A stretch of DNA of 64,000 nt from the NCBI GenBank assembly GCA_963668695.2, contig CAXXLQ010000004.1, positions 544,001 through 608,000 on the forward strand. Direction: 5' to 3'. Made by a program: the position numbers and the translations under genes. The notes under the pieces are model-generated. The model was not told the origin of the DNA. It was given only the letters and a program-made list of their open reading frames with translations, and ran no database searches. This document shows, piece by piece, positions 42,237-52,215 of this stretch (the stretch's first letter is position 1; each line of letters opens with the position of its first letter). Source of the DNA: Vicinamibacteria bacterium. Its GTDB lineage: Bacteria > Acidobacteriota > Vicinamibacteria > Marinacidobacterales > Marinacidobacteraceae.

Positions 42237-43400
42237 ATGCGAGGCGCCGCCACCGTCTTCCGGAAGGAGCTCGTCGACGGGATCCGCGACCGGCGGGCCT
42301 TCATTGCGGTCCTGGTTTCGATCAGCATCTTCCCGATCATGATGCTGTTGATCGGCCGCTTCGGCGAGGGAATCCGCGACGAGGTGCGGAACATGGAAGT
42401 GCCGGTGGAAGGCCGGGAAAACGCTCCCGCGCTCGTCGAATGGCTCGAACGGCAGCCGGGTCTCGAACTGACCCCGGCCCCCGAGGACCCGGAGTCCGCG
42501 GTGCAGGAACACGAGGTGGATCTGGTGCTTCGGATCCCGGCGGACTACGAGGAGCGGTTCGCAGAGGGACGGCCGGCAGAAGTGGAACTGGTCGCCGACA
42601 GTTCGCGGGCGGCGGCAGGGGCGAAGGCGCGCCGCGTCACGGGGCTGCTCGAGGGTTACGCGAACGAGGTCGCCGCCCTGCGCCTCATCAGCCGGGGGGT
42701 GAGCCCGCTGCTCATCCGCCCGCTTGCCGTCGAGCGCGCGGAGGTCTTCAGTTCCCGGCGGCGGACGGCCTTTTCCACTCTCGGCTTCATCCCGATGTTC
42801 CTCCTGATGAACGCCTTCTTCGGCGGCATGCAGATCGCCTCGGACGCCATTGCCGGCGAACGCGAGCGGGGGTCGATCGAGGCGCTGCTGCTGAACGCGG
42901 TTCCGGGGCGCCTTCTCATTCTCGGGAAGTGGGCGGCGGCGGCGACCTTCGCCGTCTTCCTGACGCTCCTCGGCCTCGGCACCTGCGTGGTGGTGCTGCG
43001 GTTCATGCCGGGCGCGCTGAACATCTCGCCGAGCGCCGGTGACTGGGCGCTCGTGGGGCTTGCCGCCCTCCCGCTTGCGCTCTTCTGCTCGGCGCTGCAG
43101 GTGGTGGTCTCGACCTACGCGAAGTCCTACAAGGAGGCGCAGACCTATTTCGGCTACGTGGCCTTCCTCCCGATGATCCCCTTCTTCGCGGTCACCTTCA
43201 ATTTGGTGGAGCAGGGGACCTGGACGGCCTTCATCCCGATTCTCGGCCAGCATCTGATGATCCTGAACGTGATCGCCGGCGAAACGATCGCGACCTGGGA
43301 ACTGGCGCTGGCCGGATTCATCGCCCTCGCCGCCGCCTGGGCGCTCCTGCGGTTCGCCTCATCCCTCTTCGTCCGCGAGAGCGTCGTCTTCGTCCGCTGA
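42237..43400 (+). CDS. ABC-2 permease (NatB-like)
   Basis: VFRKEL.D..RDRR, D.IAGERERGS.E.LL, AKSYKEAQTY. Confidence 0.9.
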   Translation: MRGAATVFRKELVDGIRDRRAFIAVLVSISIFPIMMLLIGRFGEGIRDEVRNMEVPVEGRENAPALVEWLERQPGLELTPAPEDPESAVQEHEVDLVLRIPADYEERFAEGRPAEVELVADSSRAAAGAKARRVTGLLEGYANEVAALRLISRGVSPLLIRPLAVERAEVFSSRRRTAFSTLGFIPMFLLMNAFFGGMQIASDAIAGERERGSIEALLLNAVPGRLLILGKWAAAATFAVFLTLLGLGTCVVVLRFMPGALNISPSAGDWALVGLAALPLALFCSALQVVVSTYAKSYKEAQTYFGYVAFLPMIPFFAVTFNLVEQGTWTAFIPILGQHLMILNVIAGETIATWELALAGFIALAAAWALLRFASSLFVRESVVFVR

Positions 43401-44041
43401 GCGGACGGCCATCACGGCCTGGATCCGGCGTCCTTCCAGCCGGTACTTCCGTTCGAAGTTGGACCCGCGAGTTCCCCCTCGCGCGCGGACGCCGGCGGCT
43501 CGTAGGGACAGGCGTCGAGCTTCTTCCGGGACGCCAGCGCCCGCTCGATCTCGGCGAAGTACTCCGGGGCATCCGTGACCACTCGCAGCGAAGCTCCGGG
43601 CGCCAGCACCCGTTCGCAGGCGGCGAGGAAGTCCGGCTGAATCAGCAGGCGGCGATGCGCGTGCCGCCGTTTCGGCCAGGGATCGGGGAAATACGCGTGC
43701 AGGCCGGCAACCGAACCTGCAGGCAGCGCTTCCAGGGTCTCGCGAGCATCCCCCCGGACGATCCGGGCGTTCGGCCGTTCCCGCCGGCAGAGCCGGTCCG
43801 CGGCGTACAACCAGTAGCGGCGGGCCCGTTCCACCCCGACAAAGAGGACATCCGCACGGATCTCGGACTCGGCGACCAGGAAGGAACCCTTGCCCGAGCC
43901 GATCTCCACCTCGAGCGGAGCGTCTCGCCGGCTTGCTTCAAACAGCCGGCGTGGGTCTCCCGGCCGCTCCAGCTCTTCCAGAATGAACCCGTAACCGGCC
44001 GGATCGGCGTCCCGGCGGGTGCGGACGTGGCTACGGCCCAT
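43359..44041 (-). CDS. trmB: tRNA (guanine-N7)-methyltransferase; 1-nt frameshift near 43465
   Basis: EIGSGKG.FL, GVE, FPDPWPK.RH..RRL, TD..Y; the conserved NFERKY...GR tail lies in a shifted frame. Confidence 0.85.
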
Positions 44042-44045
44042 CTAG

Positions 44046-44478
44046 CAACCTGTGGTGGAACCCGGGTGAGCGCCGAGGCTGGCCAGTCTCCCGGTGGGGG
44101 CGAGGCGCCCGGCTGACAAGGCGCGTGAGGGAGGAGCCCCCACCGGGAGAACTGGCCCGGGTGTATTTCGACCGAAACGCAACGCAGAACGGAGCGAAGC
44201 GGAGTGGTCAACAGCCGGTGGTGGAACCCGCGTGAGCGCCGAGGTCAGTGAGGCGCCCGGCTGACAAGGCGCGTGAGGGAGGAATACCTGGTGTATTTCG
44301 ACCGAAACGCAACGATGAGCGGCGCGCAGCGACGCGGTCAGCCGGGATGAATCGCCGGCCGAGCCCCCACCGGGAGAACTGGGCCGCGTGGGTTTCATCA
44401 CCGGCTGTTTGGCCGGGATGGATCGCCGGCCGAGCCCCCACCGGGAGAACTGGGCCGCCTGGGTTTCACCACAGGCTG
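44046..44478. mobile_element. MITE family A copy 10 containing nested copy 11 (44212-44407)
   Basis: outer flanks CTAG / CTAA; inner copy has its own TIR CAGCCGGTG...CACCGGCTG and splits GGAGTGGT|GCCGGGATG. Confidence 0.85.
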
Positions 44479-44482
44479 CTAA

Positions 44483-44700
44483 CCCGAGGGGAGAGCACCC
44501 CGCACGCTTCCGCGGACAACACACGTGCCAAATCTGGCGGTTTGTGCGCGTGCGGGGCGCTTTCCCCTCGGGGTGATGGCGCGAATCGCTCCGCGATCCG
44601 CGCCATCGTCTTTCGCGGGGAGGGGAAACCCCTCCCCGCACCCCTCCCGCGCGGCGCTCGGCGCCGCGGACTGCTGCCGCCAAACCTCCGCCACCAACTG
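44483..44700. repeat. repeat family B copy (reverse orientation)
   Basis: reverse-complement match to 57963-58152. Confidence 0.72.
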
Positions 44701-44701
44701 C

Positions 44702-45499
44702 TTAACGGGCGTTCCCGCTCCGGCGTTGGCTGAAGAGCCAGTCGTAGAGGCCCTCCTCGCGATAGGCCGGGATCCAGGAGTTGTGCGCGACGCCGGGATA
44801 CTCGGTGTAACGAGGTTGCGCTCCCGCCGCTTCGAGCGCGGCGACCATGCGCCGGGACTCTTCGGTGGGTACCCGCCGATCCTCTCCGCCGTGGAAGGCC
44901 CACACCGGAATGTCTCGAACCACCCGCGCCGTTTCGGTCCAGGGGTCTTCCGGATGAGTAGCGGATGGATGCCAGTCGGGCACGGGCATCCGGGTCCGCG
45001 AGGTGGTTACGCCGCCGCAGACCGGAACCAGGGCCGCGAAGCGCTCCGGGTAGCGAAAGGCGAGAGCCCACGTCCCGTAGCCGCCCAGCGAGAGTCCGGT
45101 GAGGTAGGTCCGCTCGGGATCGCCGCCGAACTCGGCAACCGCCGCATCGAGCGAGGCGAGCGCCATCCGTTCGATCTCGGGAGTCCCCCACCAGGCGCCT
45201 CGCGGCGACTGGGGCATCACCACCAGCGCGGGGAAATCGGACCGCTCCCGAAGAACGGCGGGCAGTCCGATCTCGGTCTGCCGCACGCCGTCGGAGCCCA
45301 CCTGCCCGCCGCCGTGGAGGAAGAGGATGACCGGGGGATTCGTTTCGGCGCCGGACAGCACGGCGGCGGGTACGAAGACCTGCCACCCGTACGTTCGGCC
45401 GTCCAATTCCGTGGTCCGGGCCAGAACCTGCCCGTCCTCCGCGGAAGCCGCGGGGGCCGGCAACAGGCTCAGAGCAAGACCGAGCAGGACGAAGCGCAT
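44702..45499 (-). CDS. secreted esterase/peptidase (alpha/beta hydrolase)
   Basis: P.ILFLHG.G, YLTGLSLGGYG, WAFHG..D..VP, HNSW. Confidence 0.88.
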   Translation of the reverse strand: MRFVLLGLALSLLPAPAASAEDGQVLARTTELDGRTYGWQVFVPAAVLSGAETNPPVILFLHGGGQVGSDGVRQTEIGLPAVLRERSDFPALVVMPQSPRGAWWGTPEIERMALASLDAAVAEFGGDPERTYLTGLSLGGYGTWALAFRYPERFAALVPVCGGVTTSRTRMPVPDWHPSATHPEDPWTETARVVRDIPVWAFHGGEDRRVPTEESRRMVAALEAAGAQPRYTEYPGVAHNSWIPAYREEGLYDWLFSQRRSGNAR

Positions 45500-45601
45500 G
45501 GCGGCGGATGCTACTTCGGACGCGGCGCGGGGTCGCCCGGGCGGTCGCATTCGACCAGGAGTGGAGGCATTCATCCAGGAGAGCCAAACCGCGCTCCGTC
45601 C

Positions 45602-45628
45602 GTGGTATATACCGTGATATATTCCATG
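45602..45628 (+). promoter_or_regulatory. putative VapBC operator
   Basis: GGTATATACC palindrome followed by GATATATTCC upstream of vapB. Confidence 0.55.
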
Positions 45629-45656
45629 GTCCGGGAGAGCTTCCCGGGAGGGTTCC

Positions 45657-45908
45657 ATGCCGGAGGAAGTTGCCTATCGAGGCGTCGCCAAGATCTTTTG
45701 GAACGGCCGCAGCCAGGCGGTGCGGCTGCCGGCACCGTGTCGTTTTGACGCGCTTGAGGTGGAAGTCGTGAAGCGCGGGCGGGAAGTCATTCTGCGCCCC
45801 CGCGGCAAGGACTGGGACGCCTTTTTCGACTCGATCACACCCGGATCGTGGCCCGCGCGCGAACAGCCGCCACTCGACGACGTACCCGACTTTGACGTTC
45901 TTCCTTGA
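45657..45908 (+). CDS. vapB: AbrB/SpoVT-type VapB antitoxin
   Basis: AKIF.NGRSQAVRLP...RF. Confidence 0.9.
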   Translation: MPEEVAYRGVAKIFWNGRSQAVRLPAPCRFDALEVEVVKRGREVILRPRGKDWDAFFDSITPGSWPAREQPPLDDVPDFDVLP

Positions 45909-46293
45909 CACCGACATCTGCGTTCATCTCCTCAGGGGCGACGAAGCACCGCGGGAGCACTTCCGACGACATGCGCCGGAGACTCGCTTGTCGGCCATCG
46001 CGTATGCCGAACTCCGCTTCGGCCTTGCACGTTCGACCCGGCGCTCCGAGAACCAAGAGCGGCTGGAAGCGCTTTGCCGCGGACTGGACATCGTGCCCTT
46101 CGACGAGGACGCGGCGGTCCACTACGGCGAGATCCGGCGGGAACTCAGCCGGCGGGGCGAGTTGATCGGCGCGAACGACCTCCTGATCGCGGCGCACGCC
46201 CGAAGTCGCGGCGCCACGCTGGTGACGAACAACGAACGCGAGTTCCGGCGGGTGCCGGACCTGCGGATCGAGAACTGGCTGCGGCCCGAATGA
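45892..46293 (+). CDS. vapC: PIN-domain VapC toxin
   Basis: LDTDIC, EL.FG, IG.NDLLIAAHA, LVTNN.REF.RVP.L..ENW. Confidence 0.92.
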   Translation: MTFFLDTDICVHLLRGDEAPREHFRRHAPETRLSAIAYAELRFGLARSTRRSENQERLEALCRGLDIVPFDEDAAVHYGEIRRELSRRGELIGANDLLIAAHARSRGATLVTNNEREFRRVPDLRIENWLRPE

Positions 46294-46336
46294 TGCGGCC
46301 CGATCTCCCCAGATTCATGACGAGAGGAGTTTCCCC

Positions 46337-46837
46337 ATGAACATCGCCGAAGGCTTCGCCGCGGAATTCCAGGTGGAGGCCGCCGCCACGCGCACGTTCC
46401 TCGAGCGCTTCGAGGACGAGCACGCCGACTGGCAACCCCACGACAAGTCGATGACCCTCTCGCGGCTGGCGACGCACGTCGTGGAATGCCCCGGCTGGGT
46501 CTTCAGCATCCTGGACGGCGACCACTTCGATTTCGGCACGACCGACTACCAGTCGCCGCATTGGAAGACCCGCGACGAACTGCTCGCCAACCACGAGCGG
46601 ATAGGAGCCGGATTCCTGGAGCGTCTTGAGGGGCGGGACGACGAGTTCATGCGCGCTCCCTGGCGCCTGCTCAACAACGGTCACGTGCTCCAGGAGACGG
46701 TCCGGGACCGAGCGGTGCGGGGGTTCATCCTGAGCCACCTGATCCACCACCGCGGCCAGCTCAGCGTGTACTACCGGCTGCTCGGGATCGCGGTGCCGGG
46801 GCCCTACGGCCCCTCGGCGGACGACCACAACGGCTAG
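46337..46837 (+). CDS. DinB family protein
   Basis: W.PH.KSM.L..LA.H, HLIHHRGQL.VY.R. Confidence 0.9.
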   Translation: MNIAEGFAAEFQVEAAATRTFLERFEDEHADWQPHDKSMTLSRLATHVVECPGWVFSILDGDHFDFGTTDYQSPHWKTRDELLANHERIGAGFLERLEGRDDEFMRAPWRLLNNGHVLQETVRDRAVRGFILSHLIHHRGQLSVYYRLLGIAVPGPYGPSADDHNG

Positions 46838-46961
46838 CCGTCCGAAACCCAAAACCCACCACGGGAGCCCGTCTCGACCCGCGAACTGACCCTCGCGCCA
46901 CCGTCCCGCCGGGGGCGCGCGCCGAACGTTCCACCCACTCGGTTGGTGGCGAACCGGACCC

Positions 46962-48215
46962 GTGCGCGCTGACCGGACCGCGCTCGTGCTGGGTGCGGGC
47001 GCCATCGGTCTGTCCTGCGCCTACTTCCTCCGGCGCGCGGGATGGGATGTCACGCTCGTTGACCAGGGCCAGCCCGGCCACGGAGCGACCTGGGGCACCG
47101 CCGGGCTGCTCTGCCCTGCGCATTCGCAGCCGCTCCCCGGCCCGGGGGTGCTGGCGAAGGCCCTTCGCTGGATGCTCCGGGACGACAGCCCCTTCCACGT
47201 CCGCTTCCGCCTGGATCCGGCCCTCCCCGGATGGCTTCTCGGCTTCGCCCGGGCGTGCACCCGCGCCCGGTCCCGCGAGGGATTCCGGGCCATCTGCGCG
47301 CTGTCCGCGCTGAGCCTCGCTCTTTACGAAGAGGTCCTCGAACGGGGCGATGCCGACTTCTTTTTCGAGCGGCGCGGCGGCTACTGGGCTTTTTTGACCG
47401 AGGCGGGGGTAGCGCACGCCCGGGCGGAAGCCGGCGAGCTGCGGCGAAACGGTTTCCCGGTCGATTTCCTGGTCGGCGACGGCGCCCGCGAGCGGGAACC
47501 GGCGCTTTCCGCCTCGGTCCGGGCCGCGGTCTTCCTCCACGGGGATGCGCACGGATCGAGCCTCGGCTTCGCGGAGTCGCTCGCCGCCACCCTGAAGCGG
47601 CAGGGGGTCCGGGTGCAAACCGGCGTCCGGGCGCTGCGGCTGCTCCGTGACGGCGACCGGATCTACGGCGCGGAGGTGCTGGCGGGCGACGGCGCGCGCG
47701 CAGAGCGCATCGCCGGCGAGACGGTTCTGGCGCTCGGCGCCTTCTCCCCCGCCCTGGCCCGCACCGCCGGTGTCCGGCTTCCGATCCAGGCGGCGAAGGG
47801 TTACAGCGCGACGGTTCGGACGTTCGCGGGAGTGCCGGCGATCCCGGTCACGGTGGCGGAACGGAAGGTCATCATCACACCGCTCCAGGACCAGGTGCGT
47901 TTCGCGGGGACACTGGAACTCGCGGGGTTTGACGCGAGCCTCAACCAGCGGCGCTACCAAGCGGTGATCGCGGGCGGCCAGGCCGGGCTTCGGGCGCCCA
48001 TCCCGCTAGAGGACGAAGTCGCCTGGTCCGGCTTCCGGCCCCTGACCCCGAGCAGCATCCCGTTCATCGGGCGGCCCCGCAGGCGGGACGGCCTGCTGGT
48101 CGCCGCCGGCCACGGGATGCTCGGTTTCACCCAGGCGCTCGGCACCGGCCGGCTGGTTCAACAACTCGCCGACGGCGAGCCGCCAAGCGTCGACCCGGCC
48201 CCCTACTCCCCGTAG
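46962..48215 (+). CDS. FAD-dependent D-amino acid dehydrogenase-like oxidoreductase
   Basis: GAGAIG, KGYS, W.GFRPLTP...P.IG, GHGMLG.T. Confidence 0.88.
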   Translation: MRADRTALVLGAGAIGLSCAYFLRRAGWDVTLVDQGQPGHGATWGTAGLLCPAHSQPLPGPGVLAKALRWMLRDDSPFHVRFRLDPALPGWLLGFARACTRARSREGFRAICALSALSLALYEEVLERGDADFFFERRGGYWAFLTEAGVAHARAEAGELRRNGFPVDFLVGDGAREREPALSASVRAAVFLHGDAHGSSLGFAESLAATLKRQGVRVQTGVRALRLLRDGDRIYGAEVLAGDGARAERIAGETVLALGAFSPALARTAGVRLPIQAAKGYSATVRTFAGVPAIPVTVAERKVIITPLQDQVRFAGTLELAGFDASLNQRRYQAVIAGGQAGLRAPIPLEDEVAWSGFRPLTPSSIPFIGRPRRRDGLLVAAGHGMLGFTQALGTGRLVQQLADGEPPSVDPAPYSP

Positions 48216-48315
48216 GGCGTCGGCAACGAGGGACCGCCGGCCTCCAGGCCGGCATCGCCCGCCCGACAGGGCGACGAAACCCGCGACGCCAATCTATCCG
48301 GACGGCGGATCGGCG

Positions 48316-49473
48316 TCAGCCCACGCCGCCAGGCGACCTCCCGGCGCGGTGCAGGATGTAATCCGCGAAGCTCGGAATGCCCATCTCCCAGACCGCAGAG
48401 GAGGTCTCCCACACGATGCCCAGGTCACGGAGGGTCGTGAGCAGCGATCCCCTGTCGAGGAGGACCGATTCCCGCTGCGCCACCAGCAACAACAACTTGC
48501 TGAGGTCGCGGTCATCAACCCGCCCTCCCTGGGTGGCGGCGAGACGGGCGAGCGGTGCCAAGACTTCTTCGACTTCGCGCTCCCGCGCCTCATCGAACCG
48601 TTCGGCGTAAAACCCTTCGATGACGACACGGGCCGTATCCACCGCCTCCTCAGCGCACTTTCCGGTGACGGTCGGTTCGCCGTCTCGGACAGCCGTATCC
48701 CAGGCGGCGCTGCCCAGAAGCTGGACGAAGTAGGGGTAATCCTGCGATGCCCGCCCGAGGCGCGCGCGAGCATCGTCGTCCATCGGTCGTCCGGCAGCCT
48801 CGGCCGGCTTCGTCAAGGCCGCAGTCGTCGCTGCGGGATCCAGCCGCCCGATCGGCAGCTTCTCGAAAGCCCGCTCCGCGAATGTCCCCGCGCGCCGGAT
48901 CTTCCTCGGCGCGTCGGGAGTTCCGGCTGCGATGACCATATACGGCAGCGCGTCACTCCCGGCGTTCTGGACGGCTTCGAAAAAAGCGCGGCCCGCCCCT
49001 GGATCCATCGTCTGGGCCTCGTCCAGCAGTACTACCAGCGGCTCCGACACCGCCTGCACCCAGGCAGAAAACAGGCGGGACACATTTCTCGTAGGGGCGC
49101 CGGGCTGGGTCGTAGCTCCGATGGGTCCGAGCTGGACGCCGCTCAGACGGTCCTCGGTGAGGCCGGCGCGTTCCTGGAGTTCCTGGACCAGCACCTCCCG
49201 TGCCCGGACCGCGTCGGCAGGCAGCCGTTCCGCCCGCATGCCGAGTGCGCGAGCCCGATCCGCGATGCGCTCCAGCAGGACCGTCTTGCCGTTGCCCCGC
49301 GGACCGTAGAACAGGATGCCCTGAGCCGGAGGGACGCCGCCGGCGAGTTCGTCGAGCCGCCGTTCGGCAAGGGCGAGTTCTTTGTCCCTTCCCGCCAGCA
49401 ACGGAGGCATCTGGCCCGCCCCCGGCCGAAACGGGTTCCCGTTGCCTCCGGCCCTGACCCCGGCCCTGACCAT
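48316..49473 (-). CDS. AAA/P-loop ATPase
   Basis: NPF.PG.G..PP.LAGR, GPRGNGKT, LLDEAQ, YPYFVQ. Confidence 0.85.
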   Translation of the reverse strand: MVRAGVRAGGNGNPFRPGAGQMPPLLAGRDKELALAERRLDELAGGVPPAQGILFYGPRGNGKTVLLERIADRARALGMRAERLPADAVRAREVLVQELQERAGLTEDRLSGVQLGPIGATTQPGAPTRNVSRLFSAWVQAVSEPLVVLLDEAQTMDPGAGRAFFEAVQNAGSDALPYMVIAAGTPDAPRKIRRAGTFAERAFEKLPIGRLDPAATTAALTKPAEAAGRPMDDDARARLGRASQDYPYFVQLLGSAAWDTAVRDGEPTVTGKCAEEAVDTARVVIEGFYAERFDEAREREVEEVLAPLARLAATQGGRVDDRDLSKLLLLVAQRESVLLDRGSLLTTLRDLGIVWETSSAVWEMGIPSFADYILHRAGRSPGGVG

Positions 49474-49520
49474 GGTCGGAGCCTACCGCAGCAGTCACGG
49501 GCCCGCGGTTCCCGCCGGGA

Positions 49521-49855
49521 CTACGCCGGGCTTCGGGACAGACGCCCCAGCGCCGGCACGGTAACCGCCCCGTAGACGGCTCCGAACAGGGCTCCGAACA
49601 GGGCCCCGAACAACGGACTTCCCCCTCGAACCCGATGGCCCCGCCCACCGCGGTGGTCACGACGGCGGCCAGCAGGAACCCGCCGAGGCTCGCGATCGCC
49701 AGCCTACCGGCCATCGGCGCGCGGAGGCGCAGCACCAGCCAGTGTGCAGCGAGAAACGCTCCGACCCCGACGACAAACGCCGCGGCCACCCCCAGCGCTT
49801 CCTGTCCGGCAAGGGACAGAGCCTTGAACGCCACGAAACCCGCGGCCGCAGTCAC
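49521..49855 (-). pseudogene. truncated, frameshifted paralogue of the 55788-56482 membrane protein
   Basis: AHWLVLR..AP..GGF...GFEGE then, in a shifted frame, SPLFGALFGALFGAVYG; 5' end abuts MITE copy 12. Confidence 0.7.
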
Positions 49856-49859
49856 CTAA

Positions 49860-49995
49860 CAGCCTGTGGTGGAACCCGGGTGAGCGCCGAGAGCGGCCAG
49901 TTCTCCCGGTGGGGGCGAGGCGCCCGGCTGACAAGGCGCGTGAGGGAGGAGCCCCCACCGGGAGAACTGGGCCGCGTGGGTTTCACCACAGGCTG
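49860..49995. mobile_element. MITE family A copy 12, internally deleted (136 bp)
   Basis: TIRs intact; flanks CTAA / TTAA; the segment between two same-orientation cassette sites is missing. Confidence 0.85.
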
Positions 49996-50136
49996 TTAAG
50001 AGCGCCTGGAGCGCCGGCTTCGGCCGGCAACCGAACCGTCCGCGGAGCGACGGTGGAACTCGCGGACGCAATGACGCTCGGTGGCACGACGGCTTTGTCT
50101 ACCCGAGGTTGGAGCGCCGCATCCACCGGGTGCGGA

Positions 50137-50199
50137 GTCAATGACACTTGACATTCAGCGGTGCGTGGGGTAGGGTGTACGGAGTCAAGTGTCGTTTAC
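50137..50199 (+). promoter_or_regulatory. sigma70 promoter with XRE-type operators
   Basis: TTGACA 50148-50153, 17 bp, TAGGGT 50171-50176; GTCAA-N6-TTGAC at 50137-50152 and GTCAA-N6-TTTAC at 50184-50199. Confidence 0.7.
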
Positions 50200-50222
50200 G
50201 TTTTATCAAGGAGAGAAGACTC

Positions 50223-50648
50223 ATGGAACAGGCAAGAAGATCCTGGTTCTGGGGCCATTGCGGCACGGACCGAGATCGCATGAACCAGCGTCGGATGGTC
50301 ATCAGCGCGATGGCCTGGATGGGAGCGTGGCTCGCTCTGATCTACGTCATTGGCCGCGACTGGTTGTCGGCATTCGCGGCCACGGCGGCGTCGGTGGTGC
50401 CGCTGGCTCTGGGGGTGGGGATGATCGTCGCGTACCGGCGCTATCTGGGCGAGACCGACGAGTTGCGACGCAAGATCGAAGTCGATGCCCTCGCGTTGGC
50501 GTTCGGCGTCGGGCTGGTCGGAGCGTTCAGCTACGTGTTGCTGGAACGCGCCGGTGCGGTGGCGAAGGCCGATCCGATGCAACTCGTCATGCTCATGGTG
50601 GCCACCTACGTGATCGGCGTGGTGGTGGGGCATCGGCGGTACGGCTGA
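50223..50648 (+). CDS. small membrane protein co-transcribed with an XRE regulator
   Basis: four hydrophobic helices, DEL.RKI..ALA; TGATG coupling. Confidence 0.75.
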   Translation: MEQARRSWFWGHCGTDRDRMNQRRMVISAMAWMGAWLALIYVIGRDWLSAFAATAASVVPLALGVGMIVAYRRYLGETDELRRKIEVDALALAFGVGLVGAFSYVLLERAGAVAKADPMQLVMLMVATYVIGVVVGHRRYG

Positions 50649-50899
50649 TGAGGAACCGGCTCAAGGTGCTGCGCGCCGAACGCGACTGGACGCAGGCGCA
50701 ACTCGCCGGTGAGCTCGATGTCTCAAGGCAGACGGTGAATGCCATCGAGACCGGCAAGTTCGATCCGAGCTTGCCGCTGGCGTTCAAGATCGCCCGGCTG
50801 TTCACGATGTCGATCGAGCAGGTCTTCGAACCTGAGGCGGCGCAACCGGCCACGGCAACTGGCAAGACCCCAAAGGCGGCGCGCAAGTCCATCCCCTGA
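50648..50899 (+). CDS. XRE-family HTH transcriptional regulator
   Basis: MRNRLKVLRAER.WTQA.LA..L.VSRQTVNAIETGK.DPSLPLAF. Confidence 0.93.
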   Translation: MRNRLKVLRAERDWTQAQLAGELDVSRQTVNAIETGKFDPSLPLAFKIARLFTMSIEQVFEPEAAQPATATGKTPKAARKSIP

Positions 50900-51072
50900 C
50901 CGCACGCTCATTTTCGCGATCGGTGCGGCGCGACCTATTCGAAGGCCTCTTCGTCGAATCGGCCGGGATTCCCGTCGCCCGCGTGCGTGAACACCGCGAC
51001 GCCGACCTTCTCCTCCGGGGCTCAACAGCGTCCGGGTCCTTCGGGAGTGGACGGTCGCCGCCTCAACCAGCC

Positions 51073-52215
51073 CTACAGTCTCCGTAGATAGGCCGACACG
51101 ACCGGATCCACCAACGTCCAGCGCCCGTCGTCCTCCTGTCGGATCAGGTCTTCCCGTTCCAACACCTCCCTGGCCTGGTTCCCGGTTGAGGTGGGAAGGC
51201 GAAGGGCGGACAGGAAGCGGTACGAACCGGGATGCTCCACCCCGCCGTCCATGTGCGCAATCGCCCGCAGGACGGCGCGCTGGCTGGGTGAGAGGCGGAT
51301 CACTCGGCCGGCGGCAATGCGTCCTTCCTCTTCGACAATCCGGGACCATTGCGCGTCTACCGACTCGGGCGTGGGGGGCCGCCGCGCCCCCCAAAGCCGG
51401 GCACAGAGCGCGTTGACGTAGTAAGGGTGCCGGGCAGTGAGCCTGAGGACCCTGCCAATCGCACCGTCGGTCGCGGCCCGCCGCCAGCGCGTTTCGCTGG
51501 CGCGCCGGATGAACGCTTGGTAGTCGGCCTCGCCGATGCGGTCGAGAGTCATCTTCCGGCAAAGGCGGTAGAGCGGTCGTTCCTCCTCCTCGAACATCGC
51601 CGCCAGCAGGTGTTTCTGGCTACCGGAGAACAGGTAGGTGACATTTGCGGATCGCTCCACGGCGTGCCGGATCGCGCCTTCCAGACTGCGTGGCGCCGTC
51701 CGCGGAGAAAGCTGGGCGAGTTGCTGGAACTCATCGAGCACCATCACCACCCGCCGCTGAACCGCCCCCGCCGCCCGATCGAGCCCGAGCAGCATCTCCA
51801 TGATCCCGCGTGCCGGGGGAGCCGGCGGCGAGAGCCTGAGCTTCAGACCCATCGCGCCAAAGGAGAACTCGGGCGCGAGCGCCCGAAAGGCATCGCCAAG
51901 CTTTTCGCTCGCTTTCCGGCCGTTTGGCGCCATCCGGGCACTGACCTCTTCAACAGCGGCCCGCAGTCGCCCTTCAAGATCCTCGGCGTCATGCGCAACG
52001 AGAAGGTCAACTGTCGCCGAAGCGATCGCCCCGCCGGCAAGATCCTGGAGCACCTGTTCGACAAGGCTGGTCTTGCCCATCCGGCGGCGGCCCCAGAGCC
52101 AGGTGTGCGCTCCGGCGCCGATGTTGTGCCTGAGTTCGGCGCGCTCCTCGGTGCGGTTGCAGTGGGCGTCCCCGGTGGCGATTCCAAGCGGGAAAAGGTT
52201 GGGGCCGGCGCGCAT
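51073..52215 (-). CDS. AAA ATPase (archaeal-ATPase-like, wHTH tail)
   Basis: G.RRMGKTSL, LDEFQ, FSGS, HPYY.N.LC, DP. Confidence 0.85.
   Translation of the reverse strand: MRAGPNLFPLGIATGDAHCNRTEERAELRHNIGAGAHTWLWGRRRMGKTSLVEQVLQDLAGGAIASATVDLLVAHDAEDLEGRLRAAVEEVSARMAPNGRKASEKLGDAFRALAPEFSFGAMGLKLRLSPPAPPARGIMEMLLGLDRAAGAVQRRVVMVLDEFQQLAQLSPRTAPRSLEGAIRHAVERSANVTYLFSGSQKHLLAAMFEEEERPLYRLCRKMTLDRIGEADYQAFIRRASETRWRRAATDGAIGRVLRLTARHPYYVNALCARLWGARRPPTPESVDAQWSRIVEEEGRIAAGRVIRLSPSQRAVLRAIAHMDGGVEHPGSYRFLSALRLPTSTGNQAREVLEREDLIRQEDDGRWTLVDPVVSAYLRRL

Noticed and set aside
43359-43480. Programmed frameshift or true pseudogene in trmB
   Set aside because: A 1-nt loss in a short G/C run is typical of sequencing error and cannot be distinguished without reads.
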